DNA of 64,000 bases, from positions 10,805-74,804 of the forward strand of contig CALBMH010000001.1 of NCBI GenBank assembly GCA_937896365.1, written 5' to 3'. Shown here in pieces: positions 50,744 through 60,604 of the stretch. This stretch comes from an uncultured Alphaproteobacteria bacterium (GTDB lineage: Bacteria; Pseudomonadota; Alphaproteobacteria; Paracaedibacterales; JAKBAR01). How positions within the stretch are numbered: the stretch's first letter is position 1; every line of letters starts with the position of its first letter. The notes under the pieces were generated by a model. The model had not been told where the DNA came from. It was given only the letters and a program-made list of their open reading frames with translations, and ran no database searches. The position numbers and the translations under genes were made by a program.

Positions 50744-50962
50744 CTACACATTCTCTCCCCCAGGTATTGGGGCGACTTCTTCTTGCGCTTTCTCTTCTCT
50801 TAATGTAGCCCTTTGCAAAGGCAAATCTTCCTGGTTACGCTTGTTCTGTTGCTGCTTGCGTTTAAGTAAATTTGTACGCAAGGCTTGGCTTAGATCTTTA
50901 TAGCGTTTTTTCTTTGTCAGCGTCATAGACAGAGTCTCCTTACTTATTGCTTTGCTAACCAT
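50744..50962 (-). CDS. small basic hypothetical protein
   Basis: It is a 72-aa ORF (or about 60 aa from the internal Met) that is Lys/Arg/Gln-rich. It has no recognisable motif. It lies upstream of and co-oriented with ctaB. Confidence 0.3.
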   Translation of the reverse strand: MVSKAISKETLSMTLTKKKRYKDLSQALRTNLLKRKQQQNKRNQEDLPLQRATLREEKAQEEVAPIPGGENV

Positions 50963-50991
50963 AGCTATGGTAGGCTCCAGTTGTCAGCTTT

Positions 50992-51066
50992 GCCGTCGTA
51001 GCACAGTGGTAGTGCACACCCTTGGTAAGGGTGAGGTCGAGAGTTCGATCCTCTCCGACGGCACCA
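50992..51066 (+). tRNA. tRNA-Thr (anticodon GGT)
   Basis: A manual cloverleaf fits. The acceptor pairs GCCGTCG with CGACGGC and the D arm pairs GCAC with GTGC. The anticodon stem-loop is CACCC-TTGGTAA-GGGTG. The T arm is GAGAG-TTCGATC-CTCTC, and the CCA is encoded. Confidence 0.9.
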
Positions 51067-51157
51067 CTTTTTAAACAAATCAGAAGATTAGAATATTGCA
51101 GAATATTTAAGAATGCAAATTCGAAACAGGAGTTACATCTTTGATGGGAACACAGTA

Positions 51158-51640
51158 CTACGCTGCTTTTTCATCAAGTTCTTTAAGAAGGGCTACCGAT
51201 AGCAGGACGCCTTTATGCATTTTCAGATAGTTTTCTAAAAACTGTCTGCGCTCTTGGGTTAAGTACTCCAAAATCTCCGACTCTATTTTATAACTTCCAC
51301 AGGATCGGCTCTCAATAGATAAGGGCGTTTTGAGGCAAGAAATGCCATAGACTTTCACAGCAAAGCGAACAGGGCAGAACTCTTCGAACAGGATTGTCAC
51401 AAGAGTGGGTGATACATTTAAAATTCCTTTCTGTCCCGCATGAATAGAAAGAGAGAAGATTAGCGTCGTTCCTTTAAAAACCTTAATCTCTCCTGCGCAC
51501 AGCGTCGTGATGAGAGAAAGATGCCCCAACATAATTCCTATCTCACCCTCCCTAGCAGGGCAAACCACCATTGTTATATCATCAAGCGACAGAAGCGTGG
51601 CTTGTGGCGTCAAAATTTTGAGAGAAAGCGTCTTCGGCAT
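51158..51640 (-). CDS. atpC: F1 ATP synthase epsilon subunit, displaced from atpHAGD
   Basis: From Met14 of the ORF it reads MPKTLSLKILTPQATLLSLDDITMVVCPAREGEIGIMLGHLSLITTLCAGEIKVF..GILNVSPTLVTILFEE, which matches the epsilon beta-sandwich consensus. The C-terminal helical part is divergent and longer. The 5' end overlaps the upstream aminotransferase ORF by about 59 nt. Confidence 0.75.
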   Translation of the reverse strand: MPKTLSLKILTPQATLLSLDDITMVVCPAREGEIGIMLGHLSLITTLCAGEIKVFKGTTLIFSLSIHAGQKGILNVSPTLVTILFEEFCPVRFAVKVYGISCLKTPLSIESRSCGSYKIESEILEYLTQERRQFLENYLKMHKGVLLSVALLKELDEKAA

Positions 51641-52823
51641 CATAAAAGGCATACTTCTTAGAAACAGCCACGGCTCCATCTATGTTAGCGGCCCTCCCAA
51701 AATGTTGCAAGGTCTGGCCAAGGACAGAAAGGCACAAAAAGATATTTTCCGCTACACATGTTTGCCCCATGATCCCAATACGTAGTGTTTTACCAAACCA
51801 TTCACCCATGCCATCGCTAATTTCCAAGTGAAAACGATCCGATGTATAGTCACGGAACTGATTGGCGGATATACCTCTTGGAACAGCAACAACATTGACT
51901 TGTGGAATGCGTATATCATCCACTGTCATATGCTTAAAGCCAAGGATCTTAAGACCTTCTGAAAGCGCCCTTGCATTCATCTCATGTCGCTTCCACACAC
52001 GCTCAAGTCCTTCTTCATAAATCATTAAGAGTGCCTCATGGAGAGCATAAAAACAGTGAACAGGGGACGTATAGGGATAAAAACGTGTTAAGGGTTTTGA
52101 CATTGCAAGAGTGTGCATTGTTGTTAAGTCGAGGCACCAATTCGCCACGGGGGTCTTTCTTCGTTGAATTTTATGTAAAGCGCGTTCACTTAGACTCAAG
52201 GGTGCAAGACCTGGCGCACAGGACAAACATTTTTGAGGATTAGCGTAAACAGCATCAAGCCCCCACTTGTCGATAAAGAGAGGATAACCTCCTACGGTTG
52301 CAGCAATATCACAGAGTGTTAAGACCCCGTACTTTTGCGCTATAGAACTCAGTGCTTTCACATCAGACATCACGCCCGTTGCACTCTCACCATGAACAAA
52401 GCATACAAGCTTTATAGCGCTGTTCTCCTTTAAGACAAGCTCAAGACGGTTAGCACAGAGAGCCTCCCCCCAAGAGTGTTGGATTAATGTAGTCTTGGCG
52501 TTATAGCGTGTTGCTATGTCATACATGCGCTGGCCGTAGATGCCATTACTTAAAATAGCAATATGTTCCCCAGGCTCCACAAGGTTTGCTATACAAGCTT
52601 CCATAGCTGTTGAGCCAGGACCATGGATAGGAAGGGTCATTGAAGCCGTTGTTTGAAGTGTGTATCGAAGAAGCTCCTGTGTTTCCACAAAAAGGTTATG
52701 GAATCTTTTATCGAGATGAGAGATGAGTGGTTTTGATAGAGCTTGTGATACGCGTGGATGGAGGGTCGAAGGCCCTGCCCCCATAAGCAATCGGAGAGGA
52801 GGGTAAAAAGATGTATAGGCCAT
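51582..52823 (-). CDS. class V PLP-dependent aminotransferase (serine/alanine--glyoxylate aminotransferase family)
   Basis: The stretch LLMGAGPSTLHPRVSQALSKPLISHLDKRF, the PLP-lysine context NPQKCLSCAPGLAPLS, and the roughly 400-aa size fit this family. Confidence 0.75.
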   Translation of the reverse strand: MAYTSFYPPLRLLMGAGPSTLHPRVSQALSKPLISHLDKRFHNLFVETQELLRYTLQTTASMTLPIHGPGSTAMEACIANLVEPGEHIAILSNGIYGQRMYDIATRYNAKTTLIQHSWGEALCANRLELVLKENSAIKLVCFVHGESATGVMSDVKALSSIAQKYGVLTLCDIAATVGGYPLFIDKWGLDAVYANPQKCLSCAPGLAPLSLSERALHKIQRRKTPVANWCLDLTTMHTLAMSKPLTRFYPYTSPVHCFYALHEALLMIYEEGLERVWKRHEMNARALSEGLKILGFKHMTVDDIRIPQVNVVAVPRGISANQFRDYTSDRFHLEISDGMGEWFGKTLRIGIMGQTCVAENIFLCLSVLGQTLQHFGRAANIDGAVAVSKKYAFYDAEDAFSQNFDATSHASVA

Positions 52824-53031
52824 GGCTAGAAGGGTGCCGTTTTAAAGATTTTGTATGGCCTAAAACTAAAGGTAGAAAAGTTAACAAAATGTTAATACAT
52901 CTGTTTTTTATGGGCATAACTCTGTTGATAATTTTAGCGAACGTGCTAGTCGTTGTCGATATACCCCTTCATAACCGCTTTAGGGATTAATCTTGCATTT
53001 GACACAGGACGGGGATAAGGAAAAAGAAAAT

Positions 53032-53108
53032 TGGTGGGCCCGGCCGGACTCGAACCAGCGACAACCCCGTTATGAGCGGGGGGTTCTAACCAACTGAACT
53101 ACAGGCCC
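53032..53108 (-). tRNA. tRNA with CAT anticodon (elongator Met or lysidine-modified Ile2)
   Basis: The minus strand reads GGGCCTGTAGTTCAGTTGGTTAGAAC-CCCCG-CTCATAA-CGGGG-..GCTGG-TTCGAGT-CCGGC-CGGGCCC-A-CCA. The paired 1-72 position and the anticodon stem argue against an initiator tRNA. Confidence 0.85.
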
Positions 53109-53472
53109 AAAGACAGGCTGATAATGACGAGAATTATCCTTCAAAGTCAACATTTTAATACGAGTCAATAAACGGATGTGTAAAACAAAAATGGAAAGGA
53201 TAGAAGGAGTTGAATACAACAACTCTTTACCCCATCTTCTTTTAAGCATGCCACGCACCTCTCCCCATGCAAAATCTCTCAAAGTTAGGGATAAGCAAAC
53301 CCTTCATTCTTATTTCTCAAGTACTCACCAACCCATTTATCATGTTTTCCATTTTTTCGACTTTTTTCTTTGTCTTTTTTCATGATTCTTTAAAGAAAAT
53401 CATGTAGAATTGAAGCTATGTCGCTTTTACGTGTACGTACTAATTCAGGGACTTTTTCGGAGGCTATGGGCG

Positions 53473-55461
53473 TTGAATAACACAATACGAAACTTTATTA
53501 TCTGGTTACTTATCGCTGTTGGCCTCTTTGGGCTTTTTCAGATGTTTCCTGGCGCTAAGTCAAAACAGCATAGCAATCCCGTTGTTTTCTCTGAATTCCT
53601 GAATAATCTTGAGGCTGGTAAAGTCAGCGACGTTAGTATCCGCGGTCAGCATATTTCAGGTAAATTCAAGGACGGTAGCCAGTTCGCAACATATGCTCCC
53701 TTTGACCCTGACCTTGTGAAAAAGCTCGAAAGCAAGAATGTACGTATTGAAGCAGGGCCTCCTGAGGAAGAATTGCCATCGCTCCTACACTATTTCTTGT
53801 CATGGTTGCCCATCTTGCTTCTTATTGGATTTTCGATTTTTTCCTTCAGGCAAATTCAATCAGGTGGAAATAAAGCCCTTGGTTTTGGGCGGTCACGTGC
53901 ACGGTTGATGGATGATAAGCGTAAGCGTGTAACATTTAAAGATGTCGCGGGTATTGATGAGGCCAAGGACGAACTCCAGGAAATTGTGGAGTTCCTCAAG
54001 GATCCTCAAAAGTTTCAACGCTTAGGGGGCAAAATCCCTAAAGGGGTTTTGCTTATTGGCCCTCCAGGTACGGGTAAAACGCTGCTTGCACGCGCTATTT
54101 CTGGCGAAGCGGAGGTTCCTTTTTTTAGTATTTCGGGCTCAGACTTTGTTGAAATGTTTGTGGGTGTTGGTGCAAGCCGTGTGCGTGATATGTTTGAGCA
54201 AGCGAAAAAAAGTGCTCCGTGCATTGTTTTTATTGATGAGATTGATGCGGTAGGGCGTCATCGTGGTGCGGGACTTGGAGGCGGCAATGACGAACGTGAG
54301 CAAACGCTTAACCAACTCCTCGTAGAAATGGATGGCTTTGAGGAAAATGAAGGTGTCATTATCGTTGCGGCAACGAACCGTCCTGATGTCCTCGACCCAG
54401 CACTTCTTCGCCCCGGTCGCTTTGATCGTCAAGTAGAGGTACCAAACCCTGATGTCAATGGGCGTGAGCAAATCTTGAAAGTACACATGGCAAGAGTCAC
54501 CCTTTCATCTGATGTGGATCCTCGTGTGATTGCACGAGGAACGCCCGGTTTTTCAGGCGCTGACCTCATGAATCTTGTTAATGAGGCAGCATTGATGGCC
54601 GCACGGAAGGGAAAAACTTCTGTAACGATGCTTGACTTGGAGCTTGCCAAAGACAAAGTGATGATGGGTGCTGAACGCAAATCTATGGTCATGACGGAAA
54701 ATGAAAAACGTCTTACAGCCTACCATGAAGCAGGGCATGCTATAGTGGCTTTTTATAACCCGGATTCAGACCCTATCCACAAAGCAACGATTATCCCGCG
54801 TGGACGAGCCCTTGGCATGGTTATGCGTTTGCCAGAAAATGACCGTATTTCCGTGTCTCGCAATCGCTTACTCGCAGACTTGCGCGTTGCTGCCGGTGGT
54901 CGTATTGCAGAAGAACTCATCTTTGGTCCCGAGAAAGTGACAACAGGAGCTTCTTCAGACATTCGTATGGTCACGACTGTTGCACGGCGCATGATTACAG
55001 AGTGGGGGATGAGTGAGACTCTGGGCTTCCAGGCTTACGGGGAACCTCAACAAGAGGTGTTCCTCGGTCACTCTGTGACACAAACACGAACAATGTCAGA
55101 GGCAACAGCAAAAGCTGTTGATGACGAAGTACGTAAGATAGTGAATAGTACTTACAATGATGCGGAAAAATTATTGAAGAAAAAACTAAAAGAGCTCCAT
55201 CGCTTGGCGGGGGCGCTTTTGGAATTTGAGACTCTTTCAGGAGAAGAGATTAGGAAACTCCTTGAGGAGGGTGTGGAGCCTACTCAAAAACGGACAAAAA
55301 CACCTCCAAAAGCAGCTGTACCTAGTACAGACACAAGTGAACTCTCTAGGGAATCTGAGAAAAGAAATGAAGAGCTTCTCATAAAGAAACCGCCCAAAGT
55401 CAAAGGAGAAAAGCGGTCTTTTACCCGAAAAAAAACGTCTCCTGAAACCACAGGGGCCTGA
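53473..55461 (+). CDS. ftsH: ATP-dependent zinc metalloprotease FtsH
   Basis: Walker A is GPPGTGKT, the SRH region is [22 protein letters not shown], and the zinc motif is HEAGHAI. The start was taken at TTG 53473 (MNNTIRNF..), with GGAGG 8 nt upstream. The ORF track starts at 53410. Confidence 0.96.
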   Translation: MNNTIRNFIIWLLIAVGLFGLFQMFPGAKSKQHSNPVVFSEFLNNLEAGKVSDVSIRGQHISGKFKDGSQFATYAPFDPDLVKKLESKNVRIEAGPPEEELPSLLHYFLSWLPILLLIGFSIFSFRQIQSGGNKALGFGRSRARLMDDKRKRVTFKDVAGIDEAKDELQEIVEFLKDPQKFQRLGGKIPKGVLLIGPPGTGKTLLARAISGEAEVPFFSISGSDFVEMFVGVGASRVRDMFEQAKKSAPCIVFIDEIDAVGRHRGAGLGGGNDEREQTLNQLLVEMDGFEENEGVIIVAATNRPDVLDPALLRPGRFDRQVEVPNPDVNGREQILKVHMARVTLSSDVDPRVIARGTPGFSGADLMNLVNEAALMAARKGKTSVTMLDLELAKDKVMMGAERKSMVMTENEKRLTAYHEAGHAIVAFYNPDSDPIHKATIIPRGRALGMVMRLPENDRISVSRNRLLADLRVAAGGRIAEELIFGPEKVTTGASSDIRMVTTVARRMITEWGMSETLGFQAYGEPQQEVFLGHSVTQTRTMSEATAKAVDDEVRKIVNSTYNDAEKLLKKKLKELHRLAGALLEFETLSGEEIRKLLEEGVEPTQKRTKTPPKAAVPSTDTSELSRESEKRNEELLIKKPPKVKGEKRSFTRKKTSPETTGA

Positions 55462-55466
55462 AAATT

Positions 55467-56816
55467 ATGCTGCTGAGGAAGTTTTTCGGAACGGATGGTG
55501 TACGCGGCCAAGCGAACACGGGGGCTATGGTCCCCGACATTATTATTAAACTCGCTATGGCAGCAGGCTCTCAATTTATTCGGGGTGATCATCGTCATAC
55601 GGTTGTGATTGGCAAGGACACACGTTTGTCAGGCTATATGGTTGAGTCTGCCTTGACTTCTGGATTTACGTCCATAGGGTTTGAAGTGGTTCTCGTAGGG
55701 CCTCTTCCAACACCTGCTGTAGCACTTTTGACCAAGTCTTTGCGCGCAGACCTCGGCGTAATGATCTCTGCCTCCCATAATCCCTACCCCGATAACGGTA
55801 TCAAGTTTTTTGGACCCGATGGATACAAGTTAGCTGACGTGACAGAGTGCGCCATTGAGTGCCGTATGGATAACGGTGATTTTGAGCTTGCAAGCTTTGA
55901 CCATATCGGAAAGGCTAAAATTCTCCACGATGCCACAGGACGTTATATCGAGTTTGCTAAGTCGACATTTCCCAAACATTTGCGTCTTGATGGTCTTAAA
56001 ATTGTTGTGGATTCTGCAAATGGTGCTGCTTACAAAGCAGCACCCACCGTTCTTTGGGAGCTTGGAGCGGAGATTATTGCTGTTGGCAATCAACCAAACG
56101 GTACGAACATTAATGAGGGGTGTGGCGCAATGCACCTTGATCTTGCTAAAAAAACGCTTTTGGAAAGAAGTGCCGACCTTGCAGTCGTACTCGACGGAGA
56201 CGCAGATCGCATTGTCATGATTGATGAGAAGGGCGATGAGCTTGATGGCGACAAAATTTTGGCTCTGACAACAGCTCATTTTATTAAAACGAAACGCCTT
56301 TCAGGTACATCCATTATCGCAACACAGATGTCTAATCTTGGCTTAGAACGCTATATCAAAAGCATCGGACTCAATCTTGTTCGAACACAAGTAGGCGACC
56401 GTTATGTGATTGATATGATGCGTAAGCTCCATTGCAATGTAGGGGGGGAACAATCGGGTCATATTATTCTTCATGATTACACAACAACAGGTGATGGTCT
56501 TATTGCAGCGCTCCAAGTCCTCGCCATTATGCAACGAGAAGATCAGCCTCTGTCTGAACTGGCCCATATCTATGAAACCGTACCCCAAGTCCTTCATAAC
56601 TTGCGTCTGTCATCGCCCGTCAATTTACAAGAATCAACGATTCAAGCGCTCATCAAAAAAGCCGAAGAAAAAATTGGCGATGCGGGCTATCTTCTTGTTC
56701 GTGCTTCAGGCACAGAACCTGTCATTCGCCTCATGGCGCAGGGTGATGATAGGGATGTCCTCAATACGGTCATTTCTGACTTGGCGGATCATCTCCAAAA
56801 AGAAAGGGCTGCTTGA
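55467..56816 (+). CDS. glmM: phosphoglucosamine mutase (canonical copy)
   Basis: GlmM-typical stretches are FGTDGVRG, GVMISASHNPYPDNGIKFF, DGDADR, GGEQSGH and ASGTEPVIR. It lies immediately downstream of ftsH. Confidence 0.93.
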   Translation: MLLRKFFGTDGVRGQANTGAMVPDIIIKLAMAAGSQFIRGDHRHTVVIGKDTRLSGYMVESALTSGFTSIGFEVVLVGPLPTPAVALLTKSLRADLGVMISASHNPYPDNGIKFFGPDGYKLADVTECAIECRMDNGDFELASFDHIGKAKILHDATGRYIEFAKSTFPKHLRLDGLKIVVDSANGAAYKAAPTVLWELGAEIIAVGNQPNGTNINEGCGAMHLDLAKKTLLERSADLAVVLDGDADRIVMIDEKGDELDGDKILALTTAHFIKTKRLSGTSIIATQMSNLGLERYIKSIGLNLVRTQVGDRYVIDMMRKLHCNVGGEQSGHIILHDYTTTGDGLIAALQVLAIMQREDQPLSELAHIYETVPQVLHNLRLSSPVNLQESTIQALIKKAEEKIGDAGYLLVRASGTEPVIRLMAQGDDRDVLNTVISDLADHLQKERAA

Positions 56817-56861
56817 TGACGTGGCGGAAGACCCCTCTGATATTTTGGGGAGGGTCTTAAC

Positions 56862-57980
56862 ATGCTCCAATCGAGGACTTTTCGCATGATGAAAAGGGTC
56901 GCCTTCGTTGTCATCCTGGCCTTGGTGTCGTTTTTCTTTTTGTCAAAAAAGCCACGACCTATTGTCAATGTATACAATTGGTATTCGATGATTCCCAAAG
57001 ATGTTTTGGATGCCTTTCATGCTGAGACGGGCATTAAGGTTGTTATCGATTACTATGATAACAACGAGGTCCTCGAGGCAAAACTGTTTGCGGGGAACTC
57101 CGGGTATGACGTCGTGTTTCCTTCCGCATCTCCTTACCTAGGAAGGCAAATCAAAGCGGGTATCTATCAAAAATTGGATAAGTCGCTGCTTCCTAATTAT
57201 GATGATCTTGAGCCTATTCTCATTGAGCAAATTCGGGCCGTGGACCCAACAAACGCGTACAGTGTGCCCTATTATTGGGGAACGCTTGGCATTGCTTTTA
57301 ATGAAGACATGATTAAAGACCGCCTGCCCACAGCACCTGTGGAGAGTTACAATTTGCTCTTTCATCCAGAAACCGTGAGGCATTTTAAAGACTGTGGTGT
57401 CACTCTTTTAGAAGAAGCCGTAGACGTTTATCCACTGATCCTTCTGTACTTGGGTAAAGACTTGAAGAGCTCTACAGCGAATGATCTCATTGCTGCTCAG
57501 CGACATATGATGACCATCCGTCCTTATATACGACGATTTAGCTCATCACGCATTGTAGGTGAGCTTATGAATGGAGAGACCTGCCTCGCCCAAGCATGGT
57601 CAGGTGATACACAAATTGCCATTCGGGAGGCAAAGAAATTAGGTAAGAATCTGCGTTACATTATTCCAAAGGAGGGCACGACTCTTTGGATAGATTCCAT
57701 GGTGATCCCCACAGATGCCCCGAATCGCACCAATGCGCACACGTTCATTAACTTTATGCTTCGTCCAGAGATTGCAGCTCGGGTCAGTTTGTTTACACTC
57801 CTTGCCACTGCTACCAAAGGGGCCCTCATCCATCTGCCAGAGGATTTTAGGGAGGATCAAAGTGTTTTCCCAAGTCCAGACATCATGAAGAAACTTCAAC
57901 TGGATCAAGATCAAGATTTAGATTACGAGCGAGAGCGCAATCGTATGTGGACAAACTTTCGTCTCAATCGAACAGATTAA
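56862..57980 (+). CDS. polyamine (putrescine/spermidine) ABC transporter substrate-binding protein, PotF/PotD-like
   Basis: A signal/TM precedes VYNWYSMIPKDVLDAFHAETGIKVVIDYYDNNEVLEAKLFAGNSGYDVVFPSAS..YQKLDKSLLPNY, which closely follows the PotF/PotD N-lobe pattern. Confidence 0.8.
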   Translation: MLQSRTFRMMKRVAFVVILALVSFFFLSKKPRPIVNVYNWYSMIPKDVLDAFHAETGIKVVIDYYDNNEVLEAKLFAGNSGYDVVFPSASPYLGRQIKAGIYQKLDKSLLPNYDDLEPILIEQIRAVDPTNAYSVPYYWGTLGIAFNEDMIKDRLPTAPVESYNLLFHPETVRHFKDCGVTLLEEAVDVYPLILLYLGKDLKSSTANDLIAAQRHMMTIRPYIRRFSSSRIVGELMNGETCLAQAWSGDTQIAIREAKKLGKNLRYIIPKEGTTLWIDSMVIPTDAPNRTNAHTFINFMLRPEIAARVSLFTLLATATKGALIHLPEDFREDQSVFPSPDIMKKLQLDQDQDLDYERERNRMWTNFRLNRTD

Positions 57981-57998
57981 ATTGGAGGGATTCGATTA

Positions 57999-59144
57999 AT
58001 GCCGCCTATTACACCGCGCAATCGCTCATTGGAGCCTTGGCAGGATCTCAACGTCAAACCCTATTTGGTTTTGGAGAATCTCTCTAAAAGCTTCGGTAAT
58101 GTACAAGCAGTGCGCAATCTCAGTTTGAGTATTTATCGCAATGAGTTTTTCTCTCTCCTTGGTGGATCCGGATCAGGTAAGACAACGCTGTTGCGGCTCC
58201 TCGCAGGTTTTGAACAACCTGACGAGGGACGTATTTATCTTGATGGCATTGATATGACGGATTGGCCAGCCTATGAGCGCCCTATTAATATGATGTTTCA
58301 GTCTTATGCGTTATTTCCCCATATGACAGTTGAGCAAAATATTGCTTACGGACTTCGCCAAGAAAACCTCAGTGAGTCTGTGATCAAAGAGCGTGTGGAA
58401 CATGGTCTTCAGATGGTCCAGATGGGAGGCTACGCGAAGCGCCGTCCTCACCAATTGTCAGGAGGGCAGCGCCAACGTGTGGCTCTTGCAAGGTCCCTTG
58501 TGAAGCAGCCTAAATTACTCCTTCTTGATGAACCTCTTGGTGCCCTTGACAAGCGCCTGCGCGAACAAACGCAGTTTGAGCTTATGAACATCCAAGAATC
58601 TGTGGGTGTGACATTTGTGATGGTGACTCACGATCAAGAGGAAGCGATGACGATGTCATCCCGTCTTGCTGTAATGGAACACGGGCACATTCGCCAAGTA
58701 GGTATGCCTTACGAAATTTATGAGTTTCCCAACTCCCGCTTTGTTGCTGAGTTTATTGGCAGTATGAATATTTTTGAAGGTCTCATTTTAGAGGATGAGG
58801 CTGACCATGCTGTTGTGGAGTGCATCGAAGCAGGGTGCAATATCTATGTGACCCATGCACCTGGTGTTCCTATTGGGTCCCATGTGGCTGTAGCTATTCG
58901 GCCTGAGAAGATAATGATCGCACGTACGCTTCCAGCTAAAGCAAAGCAAAATTACATGAAGGGTATTGTGAAGGAAATTGGATACCTAGGGGACATGTCC
59001 ATCTATCATGTCGAGCTCGATTCTGGCAAGGTTGTTCAAGCGGCCCAGACCAACCCCTCTCGCCTGAGTGAACGTGATGTGAACTGGGAGGATGAGGTAT
59101 ACTTATACTGGAAGCCTGAAAGTGGAGCCTTATTAACGTCATGA
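57999..59144 (+). CDS. polyamine ABC transporter ATP-binding protein, PotG/PotA-like
   Basis: Walker A is GGSGSGKT, the signature is LSGGQRQRVALARS, and Walker B is LLLLDEPLGALD. A C-terminal TOBE-like regulatory domain is present. Confidence 0.88.
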   Translation: MPPITPRNRSLEPWQDLNVKPYLVLENLSKSFGNVQAVRNLSLSIYRNEFFSLLGGSGSGKTTLLRLLAGFEQPDEGRIYLDGIDMTDWPAYERPINMMFQSYALFPHMTVEQNIAYGLRQENLSESVIKERVEHGLQMVQMGGYAKRRPHQLSGGQRQRVALARSLVKQPKLLLLDEPLGALDKRLREQTQFELMNIQESVGVTFVMVTHDQEEAMTMSSRLAVMEHGHIRQVGMPYEIYEFPNSRFVAEFIGSMNIFEGLILEDEADHAVVECIEAGCNIYVTHAPGVPIGSHVAVAIRPEKIMIARTLPAKAKQNYMKGIVKEIGYLGDMSIYHVELDSGKVVQAAQTNPSRLSERDVNWEDEVYLYWKPESGALLTS

Positions 59145-59244
59145 AATTAACGCTCTAAAAAATCCCAGGCCCGACATCCGCGAAACCTGTGACCTTACCG
59201 TATACTATAGAGATACGGCAGGGTCACAAGGCGCATGACTCCCA

Positions 59245-59550
59245 TTACTCCTTATCTTTTATGTGGCCTTTTTTCAATCCCCAGAAGGGCTCGATCAATT
59301 TCAGCAGCGTTACTGCTTCTTCGCCTGTTATAATAGTTGGGTCAGAAAAAATATGGCTATAGTGCAAGAAAGAAGCAACGTAGGCGAGCCTCTCTTCTGG
59401 GGCCTTCCATTTCTCAATATCCTTCAGATATTTTTCAATGATGGTAAGATCATTACTATTGTCATTAAAAATTCGATTATTTATATCATGAAAACCCCCA
59501 GTTAGGAAGTTCCACACGTTATGCACTACTTTATCGTCATCCGGATTCAC
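59245..59550 (-). CDS. hypothetical protein (possible gene remnant)
   Basis: It is a 101-aa ORF with a GTG start and no recognisable motif. An in-frame ATG-initiated 18-codon segment (MESEEQHTKHVNTIFPII) lies just upstream, separated by a single TAA. Confidence 0.3.
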   Translation of the reverse strand: MNPDDDKVVHNVWNFLTGGFHDINNRIFNDNSNDLTIIEKYLKDIEKWKAPEERLAYVASFLHYSHIFSDPTIITGEEAVTLLKLIEPFWGLKKGHIKDKE

Positions 59551-59871
59551 ATCCTGTAGACAACGTTAAATAATAGGAAAGATTGTATTGACGTGCTTGG
59601 TGTGCTGCTCCTCACTCTCCATCGTCGTCGTTGTTGTGGTAGCTTGTTGTGGAGAATGCCCCTCTCAGATTTGATCTTTTGGGTCATTCCCTTTGCAAAC
59701 ACACTTCCCCCCACTCATACAAAGCAGGTACGTATATCTCTTTGTATCTATCTTCTTATGTTAATTATAGAGTTAAAAATATATCAGAAAGGTTAAGGGA
59801 GTGTTAAGGGGGATGACAAGCCCCTTCCTACAGGTTATACCTATCTATGTTTCCTTTGAGCCATAGCTGTC

Positions 59872-60579
59872 ATGCCTGTCGTAAACTTTTCCCCACCCCT
59901 TCTTGAAGGATGGCTTATCAAAAGATACAAGCGATTTTTTGTAGATGTGGAGCTTTTAAGTGGTGAGATTGTTGTCGCACACTGTCCTAATACAGGCTCG
60001 ATGCTGGGCGTTATCGAACAGGGCAGGTGTGTAGGACTCTCCTTTCATTCAGATCCCAAGCGCAAGCTTTCTTATACTCTCGAAATGATCGCAGATGACG
60101 GCGTTATGGTGGGTGTGAATACACTCAATCCGAACAAGCTTGTATCGGCGTCTCTTCAAAGACACTTTTTTCCTATGTTTGAAGGCTACTCGGGTATCCA
60201 TAAAGAAGTGAAGATCAATACGTTCTCACGCATTGACTTCGCTCTTACATCGCTTGAGAAGCCTACATGCTACATTGAAGTCAAGAATGTTCATTATAAA
60301 AAGGGGGATAGAGCCTATTTTCCTGACTCTGTCACAAAGCGTGGGCAAAAGCACATAAAGGAGCTGATATATCTTAAGGAACAAGGCTACCGCTGTGCCA
60401 TGCTTTATATTATCCAACGTGAAGACGTTAACGCGTTTTCGTTTGCTGATTTTATCGATTCCCAGTACACCAAACTGGCGCAAGAGGCTGCACAAAAAGA
60501 GGTTGAAATGTATGCTTTTACAACCTCTGTCAACTTTGATAGAATCGAACTGCAACATGCTATTTCGATAAAATTTTAA
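59872..60579 (+). CDS. sfsA: sugar fermentation stimulation protein A homolog (SfsA nuclease-fold)
   Basis: SfsA-typical stretches are RYKRFFVDVEL..GEIVVAHCPNTGSM, RIDFAL, YIEVKNV, FPDSVTKRGQKHIKEL and R(C)AMLYIIQRED. Confidence 0.85.
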   Translation: MPVVNFSPPLLEGWLIKRYKRFFVDVELLSGEIVVAHCPNTGSMLGVIEQGRCVGLSFHSDPKRKLSYTLEMIADDGVMVGVNTLNPNKLVSASLQRHFFPMFEGYSGIHKEVKINTFSRIDFALTSLEKPTCYIEVKNVHYKKGDRAYFPDSVTKRGQKHIKELIYLKEQGYRCAMLYIIQREDVNAFSFADFIDSQYTKLAQEAAQKEVEMYAFTTSVNFDRIELQHAISIKF

Positions 60580-60604
60580 CAATTTTATTCGACATTCATC
60601 AAAA

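Noticed and set aside
53070-53282. 70-aa minus-strand ORF overlapping the CAT-anticodon tRNA
   Set aside because: Its 3' part is the tRNA sequence itself, and it shows no coding signal.
53285-53383. 32-codon basic mini-ORF (MKKDKEKSRKNGKHDKWVGEYL..) upstream of ftsH on the minus strand
   Set aside because: It is too short and low-complexity to support. It lies in an A/T-rich promoter-like spacer.
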